A stretch of 64,000 bases of DNA. It comes from Xanthobacteraceae bacterium (GTDB taxonomy: Bacteria; Pseudomonadota; Alphaproteobacteria; Rhizobiales; Xanthobacteraceae). The stretch covers positions 5,325 to 69,324 of the forward strand of contig JASHOX010000144.1 of NCBI GenBank assembly GCA_030038415.1. Direction: 5' to 3'. Below the pieces are notes generated by a model. That model was not told the origin of the DNA and made no database searches. It saw only the letters and a program-made list of their open reading frames with translations. Of the stretch, positions 1 through 8,465 are shown piece by piece (positions within the stretch are counted from its first letter, which is position 1; every line of letters begins with the position of its first letter). The position numbers and the translations under genes were made by a program.

Positions 1-1086
1 CACGCCGCGGTCGATGGCCTCGCGGACCAGGCCGTAATCGTTGGGGATGCAGGCGAGGAAGGCGTCGCCGATCGCCTGCTGGATGTCGCTTTTGCGCAGG
101 CCTGCCGAAAACATTTTCTGCACGTAGCGATTGATGATGACTTGCGGATGCGGCCCATCGCCGAGCCGATCGCGGATGGCGTCGACGAGCTGCTTGGCCT
201 GGCGCAGTCCCGGCACCGTCGTTTCGCTGACGATGAACAGCTTGTCGGAGCCAAGCAGTACGCTGTCGGTCCAGGAGAACCAGGTGCGCGGCATGTCGAA
301 GACGACGAAGTCGAAATGCGAGGAGACGAGATCGAGGAGCCGCGTCACCACGTCGGGATCGAACAGGCGCATTTCCGCGGGCCGGTTCGGCGCCGCCACC
401 ACGGCGAGGCCGGACGGATGCTGCGAGATCATCACTTCGAGCAGTTGGCGGTCGAGCCGCTCGGGCCGCGGCTCGATCTCGCTCAAATTAAGCCGCGGCT
501 CGATGTCGAGATAATCGGCGCAGGCGCCATGCTGAAAGTCGAGATCGACCAGGCAGGTCGCGGCCTTGCCGCGCGCGCCGCTGTTCAACAGCAGCATCGC
601 GGTCTGCACCGCGAGCGTGGTCACGCCGGCGCCGCCGACCGCGGGCAGGAAGGTGAAAATTTGCGCTTCCGTCGTCTCGGCGGAGGCTACCGGCTTGGCG
701 ACGCGCGCGCAGGTGCGCACCAGCTCGACCGGCGGCACCGGCTTGACCAGAAAATCGGCGACCCGCATCTGGGTGAGCCGCCGCGCCACGGCGGCGTCGA
801 AGTCTTGCGTGACGGCGACCACCGGCGGCCAGCTGCCGATCTGCAGCATGAGACCTTCCAACGCGGCAAGCTCGGCCGCGTCGGTCGCGTCGACGTCGGC
901 GACCACCACGGTGGCGCCGGCGAGGTCGATCTCGCCATGCTCGGCGAGGCGGCCTTTGACGACATCGAGGCCGATCTGGCTGCTCGCGGAAAATGTGGCG
1001 CGCACCGAATCCTCAAACGCCGCGTCGGCGGTCAGCACCACCACTCGCGTCTGGCTTGCCGGCGTCGGAGATCGACTGATGCGCAT
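1..1086 (-). CDS. cpaE: Flp/Tad pilus assembly protein CpaE/TadZ-like (MinD/ParA-type ATPase fold); C-terminal end lies outside the window
   Basis: Absent from the ORF track because no stop codon lies in the window. My own reverse-strand translation from the ATG at 1086-1084 stays open to position 1. It reads MRISRSPTPASQTRVVVLTADAAFEDS...FLPAVGGAGVTTLAVQTA...HFDFVVFDMPRTWFSW...IPNDYGLVREAIDRGV. A receiver-like N-terminus plus a deviant Walker A is the CpaE pattern. The gene follows cpaB-cpaC-cpaD in canonical order. Confidence 0.8.
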   Translation of the reverse strand, partial: MRISRSPTPASQTRVVVLTADAAFEDSVRATFSASSQIGLDVVKGRLAEHGEIDLAGATVVVADVDATDAAELAALEGLMLQIGSWPPVVAVTQDFDAAVARRLTQMRVADFLVKPVPPVELVRTCARVAKPVASAETTEAQIFTFLPAVGGAGVTTLAVQTAMLLLNSGARGKAATCLVDLDFQHGACADYLDIEPRLNLSEIEPRPERLDRQLLEVMISQHPSGLAVVAAPNRPAEMRLFDPDVVTRLLDLVSSHFDFVVFDMPRTWFSWTDSVLLGSDKLFIVSETTVPGLRQAKQLVDAIRDRLGDGPHPQVIINRYVQKMFSAGLRKSDIQQAIGDAFLACIPNDYGLVREAIDRGV

Positions 1087-1116
1087 GCGTTCAAGCTCGC
1101 TTTCCCGGTGCGCCGG

Positions 1117-1521
1117 TCACTGCGCCGGCGTCGTCGTGGTCGATGCCGCCGCCGGCGCAACGCCGGTGTTGACCGTGGTGTTGACGGTCTGGCCGGACTG
1201 GTTGGTCGACATGAAGTTCTCCGGATCGGCCGGCTCGATGACTTTGTCGGTGCGATAACGGGCGACGGCCTGCTGCATTTTCTCGCCGTTAAAGGCGATG
1301 TCCTTGTTGCCGCTAGAGGCCGGCCACGGATCGACCATCTGGCCGACGGTGTTGGCGGCCACCGCGTCGCCGCCCGACAGCGCGATGTTTTCGCGGCGGT
1401 CGAGATAGAGATCCGCATTGGAGCAGCCGGCGAGCCAGCCGCCGAGGCCGGCGGCGGCGAGCGCGGCCGCGACTAGCCGGGCGGCGCGAGGCGCGCCGCG
1501 TTCAGTCCTTGGCCGTGACAT
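1117..1521 (-). CDS. Small lipoprotein in the cpaD position of the Flp/Tad pilus cluster
   Basis: 134 aa. Signal peptide ends in a lipobox (GGWLAGCSN). Thr/Asn-rich C-terminus. Start overlaps the secretin stop by 20 nt. Lies between the secretin and cpaE. Confidence 0.6.
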   Translation of the reverse strand: MSRPRTERGAPRAARLVAAALAAAGLGGWLAGCSNADLYLDRRENIALSGGDAVAANTVGQMVDPWPASSGNKDIAFNGEKMQQAVARYRTDKVIEPADPENFMSTNQSGQTVNTTVNTGVAPAAASTTTTPAQ

Positions 1522-3136
1522 AGACGCCTCCGTTCTTCGGCAGGTCGAGGATGTGGCCGACGTAAGGCCGGTTGAGCGCGCCGACGGCGAGCCGCGCCAG
1601 CTCCGGGCTAACCTCGGTGTCGCCCATCAGGAACAGGTCGACGTCGTTCGGCGGCAGGCTGCCGTCGAACGGCGTGTGCACCGGGTCGGTCGGCGTCAGC
1701 GGCCGCACGATGTGCGGCGTCACCAGAATGACGAGATCGGTCTCGTTCTTCTGGTAATCGGTTGAGCGGAACAGCGCGCCGAGCACCGGCATGTCGCCGA
1801 GCCAGGGCAGCTGATCGATATTGTTGGAGCCGTCGCTCTGCAGCAGTCCGCCGAGCATGAAGCTCTGACCATCGCGCAATTCCAGCGTCGTCGAGGCTTT
1901 GCGGGTGGTGAGCGCCGGCACTGTCGTGCCGGCAACGGTCACCGAGTGGGCGGTATCGATCTCGCTCACTTCCGGCTTGACGATGAGATTGATCACGCCG
2001 CCGCGAAGCACGGTCGGCGTAAAGGACAGGCCGACGCCATAAGGTTGGAAGCCGAACGACGGCGTGCCGGTGGCCCCGACCTCCGGGATCGGAATTTGCC
2101 CGCCGGCGAGGAAGCTTGCGGTTTCGCCCGACAGCGTCACCAGATTCGGTTCCGCCAGGAGCCGCGCTGCGCCCTTGGATTCGAGCGCATTGACCTCGAC
2201 CTGAAGCTTGTTCGTCAGTTGCCCGACCAGAAAGCCGAACGGCGCCGCGCCCGACAGCACGCCGGCGGAGACCACGGGCGAAATCGGCAGCGAGTTCGCC
2301 GCGATGTTGGCGCCGCCGACCCCGGCACCGGCGAGGCTTGGCTGCTGGAACGAGCCGTTCGGCTGCGTGATCGGCAGCTGCGAGGCCGGCAGTGAGGTGT
2401 TGCCGCTATTGGCGAGGACCGAATTGCCGAAGGCGTTCCATTGCACGCCGAGATCGCGGCCGGCGTTGCGGTCGACTTCGATGAAGCGCACTTCGAGCTC
2501 GATCTGCTGCGGCTGCAAGACCTGGACCGTATTGATCGGATCGGGACCGAACTGGCTCGCGATCTGCACCGCCTTGTCGAGCGTGGCGGCGTCGGGCGAG
2601 GTGCCGCTCAGCATGATGCGGCCGTTGATCGACGACACTTTGATGCCGCCGCCGGTGAAACGGCCGATCTCCTCCGCCAGCCGCGAAATGTCGTAGGACA
2701 CTTCGATGTCGAAAATGCCGACCGGCTTGTGATCGGCGTCGTAGACGGTGACGCGGGTGGTGCCGATCTTTTTGCCGAGGATCGACAGCGAGTGGTCGGT
2801 GAGCGGGCTGACGTCGGCGATGTCCGGATCGCCGACCGTGATATTGGCGAAGTTCTGGTCGGTGCGGATGTCCTCGGTCTTGCCGACCGTCACGCGCACC
2901 AGCGCGCTGTGGACGGGGCTTGCCAGCGCGATGGTCTGCTGCGCGTGCACGGCCGGCGGCAGCGCCGCCATAACCGATGCGGCAAGCACCGCCCTGATCC
3001 AACCGCGCCGCATCAGCGCGCCGATCTTCAAACTCCCGTCCGCAAGTCGCCGGCTGCCGCCGGCGAGATCGTTTTGCTTCTTGTACTGGCTCTTCACGTC
3101 GGCCTCCCCGCCGCTTGATTGTCCCCAAACACTCAT
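1502..3136 (-). CDS. cpaC: Flp/Tad pilus secretin CpaC/RcpA
   Basis: 544-aa ORF with secretin-domain strings LAEPNLVTLSGETASFLAGGQIPIP and LPWLGDMPVLGALFRS. A signal peptide MRRGWIRAVLAASVMAALPPAVHAQ begins at an internal Met, so the true start may be 3013. Confidence 0.9.
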   Translation of the reverse strand: MSVWGQSSGGEADVKSQYKKQNDLAGGSRRLADGSLKIGALMRRGWIRAVLAASVMAALPPAVHAQQTIALASPVHSALVRVTVGKTEDIRTDQNFANITVGDPDIADVSPLTDHSLSILGKKIGTTRVTVYDADHKPVGIFDIEVSYDISRLAEEIGRFTGGGIKVSSINGRIMLSGTSPDAATLDKAVQIASQFGPDPINTVQVLQPQQIELEVRFIEVDRNAGRDLGVQWNAFGNSVLANSGNTSLPASQLPITQPNGSFQQPSLAGAGVGGANIAANSLPISPVVSAGVLSGAAPFGFLVGQLTNKLQVEVNALESKGAARLLAEPNLVTLSGETASFLAGGQIPIPEVGATGTPSFGFQPYGVGLSFTPTVLRGGVINLIVKPEVSEIDTAHSVTVAGTTVPALTTRKASTTLELRDGQSFMLGGLLQSDGSNNIDQLPWLGDMPVLGALFRSTDYQKNETDLVILVTPHIVRPLTPTDPVHTPFDGSLPPNDVDLFLMGDTEVSPELARLAVGALNRPYVGHILDLPKNGGVYVTAKD

Positions 3137-3166
3137 CTCACGTCGCTTCGCTTCATCGTCCCCAAA

Positions 3167-4033
3167 TCAGTCGCTGGCCGGCGCCGGCCGCGACAACGCG
3201 GCGGCATGCGCATCGCCGTGTTCGACCGGAACGCTGTATTCGGTGCGTTCGTTCTTCCACGGCCGATTGACCGCGATGGTCACGAAATCCGATTTTGACG
3301 TCGTCGTCTTGCCGAGATCGGCGGTGGTGACGAGCCGCGAATCGTCGTCGGCGACGTCGCCGGCCTTGCGCAGCAACAGCGACAGCGTGCCGACCGTGGA
3401 GGCGAGCGCGACCCGCTCGCCGTCGGTGACTTTGACTTCAAGCGTGACCGCTTTGACGACGGAGGGCTTGTCGGCCTTCTCGTCGGCGAGCTGATCGATC
3501 GCAAGCACTTGCGCGTTCTCGATCACGACGCCGGTGGCGGCCGAGTTCTTTTCACCCTGCCGGGTCAGCATCACGTCGACATGATCGCCGGGCAGGATGA
3601 AGCCGGCGACGCCCTCGACGTCGTTGACGCGCACGGTGACCGCCATCATGCCGGGATCGAGCACCGCGGACAGCGTGGCGCGCTGGCCAGGTCCGGTGAT
3701 TTTCGCGGCCAGCACCGCCTCATTGGTGTCCATCGGCATCAGCACGACGCGCTTCTCTGCGGTGACATCGGCGATCTTGCCGAACGCGCCGGCCGGCAAC
3801 GCCGCTTGCGGCCACGGCAGTTCGCGCAGCGCCGACGCGGTGAGCGGCTCGCCGTAACGCAGCGGTCGCGCGGCGACCACGATCGTGCGCTCCGGCTCCG
3901 GCGCCTTGTGCTGCGCTTCGAGGCTCCGCATGCGCGCGGCTTCCTGGTTGTTGAGCCAGGTCTGCGCCAGGAAGACCGCGAGCAGTCCGAACAGGACCGC
4001 AAAGCCGATCATGACGAGAGTGCTGGTACGCAA
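3167..4033 (-). CDS. cpaB: Flp pilus assembly protein CpaB/RcpC
   Basis: 288 aa. N-terminal membrane anchor LVMIGFAVLFGLLAVFLAQTWL, followed by a SAF/RcpC-like region. Immediately upstream of the secretin on the same strand. Confidence 0.85.
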   Translation of the reverse strand: MRTSTLVMIGFAVLFGLLAVFLAQTWLNNQEAARMRSLEAQHKAPEPERTIVVAARPLRYGEPLTASALRELPWPQAALPAGAFGKIADVTAEKRVVLMPMDTNEAVLAAKITGPGQRATLSAVLDPGMMAVTVRVNDVEGVAGFILPGDHVDVMLTRQGEKNSAATGVVIENAQVLAIDQLADEKADKPSVVKAVTLEVKVTDGERVALASTVGTLSLLLRKAGDVADDDSRLVTTADLGKTTTSKSDFVTIAVNRPWKNERTEYSVPVEHGDAHAAALSRPAPASD

Positions 4034-4422
4034 CTTAAGTCCCCTGATGACGCCTTAAATCCGTTGCACGAATTCGTTGAACGAATTTCATCGTTGTGCG
4101 CGGAGATTATTGGTCGTCCGCTAGTATGGAATTGGTGAAGTTACGGAGGCTTCTCCCCCTATGCTAAAAATTGCTTGAAACGGTATTCTTTACGGCGCGT
4201 ATCGCGCGGCGCTCGAAGTGAAGAGATATCCTTTACGAAATTTGAGCGACGACCTTCGCGACGACGCCGATGCACGCCGCAAGCCGCGCCGCGCTTGAGA
4301 TTTAGCGCGCGCAACGATTCATTGACGATGCCGCGCCGCGCGGCTTCGAATTTTACGAATTGCGGTAGGGCGCCGTTAAGCACGCGCCATGACGACGCTG
4401 GCGGCGAGCGCCGAAGGCGCGA

Positions 4423-5622
4423 TCAGACCCGTGCGAAACCGCGCGGCACGCCGTGAATCCTCTCGATGCCGGTCGCGGTGATGAGAACCATTTCGCCGGT
4501 CTGCACGCCGGCCATGACGTCGCGCGTCACCACATTGGGCTGGATGACCACCGTCATGCCGGCGCGGAACGGCTCATCGGGAATATGCGCGCTCGGCCGG
4601 CTGCGCGATCCGAGGATCGGCGGCAGATAACCGCCGCCGTAGCCGTGCAACAGATCGTCAATGATGGTGAAGCCGGCTTGCTCGATGACGTCCGCGGCGT
4701 CGATGACCGCGCGCGGCATGGCGCCGTCCTTGAGCACGGCGGCGACCGCATCGAAGGCGGCGTCGGCCACCGCGTGCAGCTCGCGATAGAGCGCCGTCGG
4801 CTCGGCGTCGACCGCGAAGCTGCGCAGCACCTGGCCGGGATGCTCCCAGAACGCGGCGGCGATCTCGGCGACCACGGCATCGCCACGTTCAACGTTGCGG
4901 TTGCCGACGAATTGCGGCGGCACGGCGAGCGATGAGTTTGCCATCGCGGTCGCACCGATGAAATGGATGACGGTGCTGCCGCCGAGCGGCACGTAAGCGC
5001 GCTCGACCAGATCGGCGAGTGCGCGCTCGCTCAAGCCCGGGCGCAGACCGTCACGCAACGCCAGCATGCCGCGATCGGTCAAGGCGGCGCCGATGCGCAG
5101 CCAATCCAGCTCTTCGGCGGATTTGATCTGGCGGAGCCGCGTATAGCGGCGATTGAGGTTTTCGGGCGCGCCGAAGCGCGCCGCAAGCTTGTCGTGCTGC
5201 TCGAAGGTCATTGGTCCGACGACGCCGATACGGCCGTCGCGCGCGGCGCGCCGCTCCAGCGCGGCAATCGCGCCGCCGATCGATGAGCCGCCGCCCCAGG
5301 CCACTTTAGCCGGCGCTGCGATTTGCCGCGCCAGCGGCACGTGATTGACGTGCTGTATGAACAAGGTATCGGGCTTGCCGGGCGTGAACACGCCGACGGC
5401 CTCTGCCGTCACCGGCCAGCCGGTCAGCCACTGCACCGCGGAGCCGAAGCGGTTGGCGCCGCAATAAACCAGGTGGTCGAGCCCGGCCTCGTCGAGCAGA
5501 TGTTCAATCGCAGCGCGCCGCCGCGCCATTTCCGCATCGGAGAAGCGCGGATAGTCCGCTTCGTGAATCGCCCGCAGATGAGGCGGGAGGACGAAACCGT
5601 CGCGGCCTGAATGCTCGCTCAT
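4423..5622 (-). CDS. M24 family metallopeptidase (Xaa-Pro peptidase/creatinase-like)
   Basis: 399 aa. Creatinase/prolidase-type N-domain followed by a pita-bread C-domain pattern (FAVDAEPTALYRELH..., LLHGYGGGYLPPILG, GMTVVIQPNV). Confidence 0.7.
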   Translation of the reverse strand: MSEHSGRDGFVLPPHLRAIHEADYPRFSDAEMARRRAAIEHLLDEAGLDHLVYCGANRFGSAVQWLTGWPVTAEAVGVFTPGKPDTLFIQHVNHVPLARQIAAPAKVAWGGGSSIGGAIAALERRAARDGRIGVVGPMTFEQHDKLAARFGAPENLNRRYTRLRQIKSAEELDWLRIGAALTDRGMLALRDGLRPGLSERALADLVERAYVPLGGSTVIHFIGATAMANSSLAVPPQFVGNRNVERGDAVVAEIAAAFWEHPGQVLRSFAVDAEPTALYRELHAVADAAFDAVAAVLKDGAMPRAVIDAADVIEQAGFTIIDDLLHGYGGGYLPPILGSRSRPSAHIPDEPFRAGMTVVIQPNVVTRDVMAGVQTGEMVLITATGIERIHGVPRGFARV

Positions 5623-5697
5623 GACCGCACTTTAAGGGGGTGGGCTTGGCAAATCCATTTTGTTAAGTCACGCAGGCCAGCATTGCTTGGAGAACCC

Positions 5698-7047
5698 ATG
5701 CCCACCTCATTGATCGATTCCGCCGTGTTCCGCGACATCTTCACCACCGAGGCGATGCGGCGGGTCTTTTCCGACGAGAACCGCGTCCAGAAATATCTCG
5801 ACTTCGAGGCCGCGCTGGCGCGGGCGCAGGCGCGGCTTAACATCATTCCGAAGGAGGCCGCCGAGGAAATCTGCCGGCATTGCAACGTCGCCGAGATCGA
5901 TTTCGCCAAATTGAAAACGCAGACCGAGCGCATCGGCTATCCGGTGCTGCCGGTAGTGCAGCAGCTGGTCGCGCTGTGCCGCGACGGCTTAGGCGAATGG
6001 TGCCATTGGGGCGCCACCACGCAGGACATCACCGACACCGCCACCGTGATGCAAATCCGCGAGGCGCTCACGCTGATCGAAGGCGATCTCGACCGCATTG
6101 CCGACGCGCTCGCCGCGCTGGCGCGCCAATACCGCGATACGCCGATGGCGGGACGCAGCAACCTGCAGCAGGCGGTGCCGATCACCTTCGGCTACAAGAT
6201 GGCGACGCTCCTGGCGGCGTTCGAGCGGCACAAGGAGCGGCTCAGGCAATTGCGCGCGCGCGTTCTGGTCGGCGAATTCGGCGGCGCCGCCGGCACGCTG
6301 TCCTCGCTCGACGGTCAGGGACTGGCGACGCAAGCCGAATTGATGAAGGAACTAAAACTCGGCCAGCCGGCGATTGCCTGGCACACCGTGCGCGATACCA
6401 TCGCGGAAGCCGGCTGTTTCCTCGGCTTGGTCACCGGCACCTGCGGCAAGATCGCCTTTGACGTGAAGCTTCTGATGCAGACCGAGGTCGAGGAGGTTTA
6501 CGAGCCATTCCATGAGGGCCGCGGCTCGTCGTCGACCATGCCGCAGAAGCGCAACCCGATCTCCTCGGTCTATATCACCGCGCTCACCTCGGTGGTGCGC
6601 CAGCAGAGCGCGGCGCTCCTTGACGCCATGGTCGAAGACCACGAGCGCGCCACCGGCCCGTGGGAGATCGAGTGGATTATGCTGCCGGAGATCTTCTGCT
6701 ACGCCGCCGGCGCCTTGGCGCAGACCGAATTCGTGCTCACCGGCCTGCAGGTCGACGACAAGAAGATGCGCGCCAATCTCGATCTGACCAAGGGCCTGAT
6801 CATGTCGGAGGCGGTGATGATGGGGCTCGGCCCCTATCTCGGCCGGCAATATGCCCACGATCTGGTCTATGACATCTGCCGCAAGGTCGTCGCCACCGGC
6901 CGGCCGCTGCTCGATCTGCTCGCCGAGAACGAGGAAATCACCAAGCACCTCGATCGCGCCGCCTTGGCGAAACTCTGCGATCCGGCGAATTATCTCGGCG
7001 AAGCCGGGGCCATGGTGGATCGGGTGCTGGCGATGCGAGCGAGGTAA
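5698..7047 (+). CDS. Fumarate-lyase superfamily enzyme (adenylosuccinate lyase / 3-carboxy-cis,cis-muconate cycloisomerase-like)
   Basis: Superfamily signature GSSSTMPQKRNPISS. The start is placed at the internal ATG (MPTSLIDSAVFRD...) of the 5611..7047 ORF because the upstream 29 codons look like non-coding read-through. Confidence 0.8.
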   Translation: MPTSLIDSAVFRDIFTTEAMRRVFSDENRVQKYLDFEAALARAQARLNIIPKEAAEEICRHCNVAEIDFAKLKTQTERIGYPVLPVVQQLVALCRDGLGEWCHWGATTQDITDTATVMQIREALTLIEGDLDRIADALAALARQYRDTPMAGRSNLQQAVPITFGYKMATLLAAFERHKERLRQLRARVLVGEFGGAAGTLSSLDGQGLATQAELMKELKLGQPAIAWHTVRDTIAEAGCFLGLVTGTCGKIAFDVKLLMQTEVEEVYEPFHEGRGSSSTMPQKRNPISSVYITALTSVVRQQSAALLDAMVEDHERATGPWEIEWIMLPEIFCYAAGALAQTEFVLTGLQVDDKKMRANLDLTKGLIMSEAVMMGLGPYLGRQYAHDLVYDICRKVVATGRPLLDLLAENEEITKHLDRAALAKLCDPANYLGEAGAMVDRVLAMRAR

Positions 7048-7136
7048 CCCAAGCGCGCGTCTGAAGCTCTAATGGTGTTTCATACCTCGTCAAGGCAGTC
7101 CCTATTCGTTATTGTTATCAGACGAACCGACTCTAG

Positions 7137-7379
7137 ATGCGGAGACGCGCTGTGAAGTTCACGCGAATTACCGTCGATTCAAAACAGATGGGTGGCGTAC
7201 CCTGCATTCGCGGCCTGCGCATTCCAGGGGCTACGGTCGTCGAGATGATCGCCGACGGCCAAACCGAAAGAGAAATTCTCGCCGCTTATCCCGATCTGGA
7301 GCAGGCGGATATCAACGAGGCCCTGCATTTCGCTGCCGACGCCGTGCGCGAGCGCGAGTTGCCACTGACCGGCCGGTGA
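7137..7379 (+). CDS. DUF433 domain protein (antitoxin-like partner of DUF5615)
   Basis: 80 aa. ITVDSKQMGGVPCIRGLRIPGATVVEMIADGQTEREILAAYPDLEQADINEALHFAA matches the DUF433 pattern (xGGxPxIRGTRIPV...YPxLxxxDIxxAL). The stop overlaps the GTG of the next gene (GTGA). Confidence 0.75.
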   Translation: MRRRAVKFTRITVDSKQMGGVPCIRGLRIPGATVVEMIADGQTEREILAAYPDLEQADINEALHFAADAVRERELPLTGR

Positions 7380-7750
7380 GATTTCTGATTGACAATGCAT
7401 TATCGCCGATCGTGGCCGAGGGACTGCGAAAGAACGGTCACGAAGCTATGCACGTGCGCGATACGGTCACGAAGCTACGCACATGCGCGATTACGGATTG
7501 CAGGCCGCCGATGATGAAACAATCTTCACCCTGGCACGCATACCGACTTCGGTACTCTGCTGGCATTGAGACAAGACCAAAAGCCCTCAATCCTCTTGTT
7601 CCGACGAGGGGCCGAGCACGATCCGCATAGGCAAGTTGCGCTCCTGTTGGCAAATCTGCCTAGTCTGCAAGCACCATTACAACAAGGCATATCGTCGTGC
7701 TCGAGCAGGCGCGAATCCGAATTCGCACCCTGCCAGTCGGATCGCTTTAG
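7376..7750 (+). pseudogene. DUF5615 (Mut7-C/PIN-like) toxin-like gene, disrupted by three frame changes
   Basis: DUF5615-like segments occur in three different frames:
- VRFLIDNALSPIVAEGLRKNGHEAMHVRD from 7376.
- [25 protein letters not shown] from 7465.
- [49 protein letters not shown], around 7540-7700.
- [19 protein letters not shown], followed by the TAG stop at 7748-7750.
No single frame spans the gene. Confidence 0.8.
7436..7494 (+). repeat. Imperfect 29/30-bp tandem duplication inside the DUF5615 pseudogene
   Basis: GGTCACGAAGCTATGCACGTGCGCGATAC (7436-7464) is followed directly by GGTCACGAAGCTACGCACATGCGCGATTAC (7465-7494). Conceptually deleting the 29-bp first copy restores the reading frame between the N-terminal segment and the second copy. 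Confidence 0.9.
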
Positions 7751-7776
7751 TAGAAGAAGCAACGGCAATGCTGGGA

Positions 7777-8331
7777 TCACAGAACCGGCTTAGCGCTGTC
7801 GCCCGCCAGCAGCAATTGCGGCACCTGGGTAAAATCCCAGCCGTCGCTTGCCGTCCTGCGATCGAGCACCCAGACCAGATCGAACCGCGAACCGTCCCAT
7901 TTTTGCGGGCACGTGGTGTTGTTGCCGACAATGGCGTTGACGATGTCGGGGATATCCTCGTGTTCCCAACAGATGAGGACTGGGCCGGTTGCGGCGACCG
8001 CGGCTTTGGCGAGGTCTTTCTCGCCGCCCTTGGGAAAGCGCAGGTCGAGCTTTAACCTCAGCTCCTGGGCGAGTTCGAGCACGGTGTGTTGCGGCCGCAA
8101 ACTGTTGCTATGCTTGCCGACCGCCGAAGCGAAGATCGTTCTCGGTTGCGCCAGGTGCGGATCGACAAATTTTCCGTCGCGCGGAGCGAACAACCGCACC
8201 AGCGCACCGCTGCGCTGCCAGCCGCGCACCACAAGCTCCTCCGGGTCCTTGGCTCCGGCCGCGGTCACGCCCTGCACGTCGCCGTCCGGCTTTTCGGCGT
8301 GGCGGATCAGCATGGTTTTCGTCGCTAGCAT
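7777..8331 (-). CDS. Histidine phosphatase superfamily protein
   Basis: LIRHAEKP (RHxE-type catalytic motif) near the N-terminus and a downstream ICWEHEDIP histidine motif. The start is placed at the internal Met ([15 protein letters not shown]); the ORF extends to 8382. Confidence 0.65.
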   Translation of the reverse strand: MLATKTMLIRHAEKPDGDVQGVTAAGAKDPEELVVRGWQRSGALVRLFAPRDGKFVDPHLAQPRTIFASAVGKHSNSLRPQHTVLELAQELRLKLDLRFPKGGEKDLAKAAVAATGPVLICWEHEDIPDIVNAIVGNNTTCPQKWDGSRFDLVWVLDRRTASDGWDFTQVPQLLLAGDSAKPVL

Positions 8332-8465
8332 ATCGAACGCCTCGAATTGTCGGGCCGGAGACAACAGTCCGCATGATTGCACCGCGAATCATCTCGCGCA
8401 ATCGTTGTGCAATCGATTTAACGCAGCCCCATCGGCCGCGATTGCTGCTGGGAACGAGCCGAGCC

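Noticed and set aside
142-1476. 444-aa plus-strand ORF (and 566..1258) covering the left end of the window
   Set aside because: Antisense to the cpaE and cpaD-position genes. Arg/Gly/His/Ala-rich composition with no recognisable motif, typical of a high-GC shadow ORF. The minus strand gives a clean CpaE translation.
4159-4383. 74-aa ORF upstream of cpaB considered as a possible Flp pilin
   Set aside because: No Flp leader with a G/xxxxEY cleavage motif and no hydrophobic helix. The highly basic composition suggests non-coding DNA.
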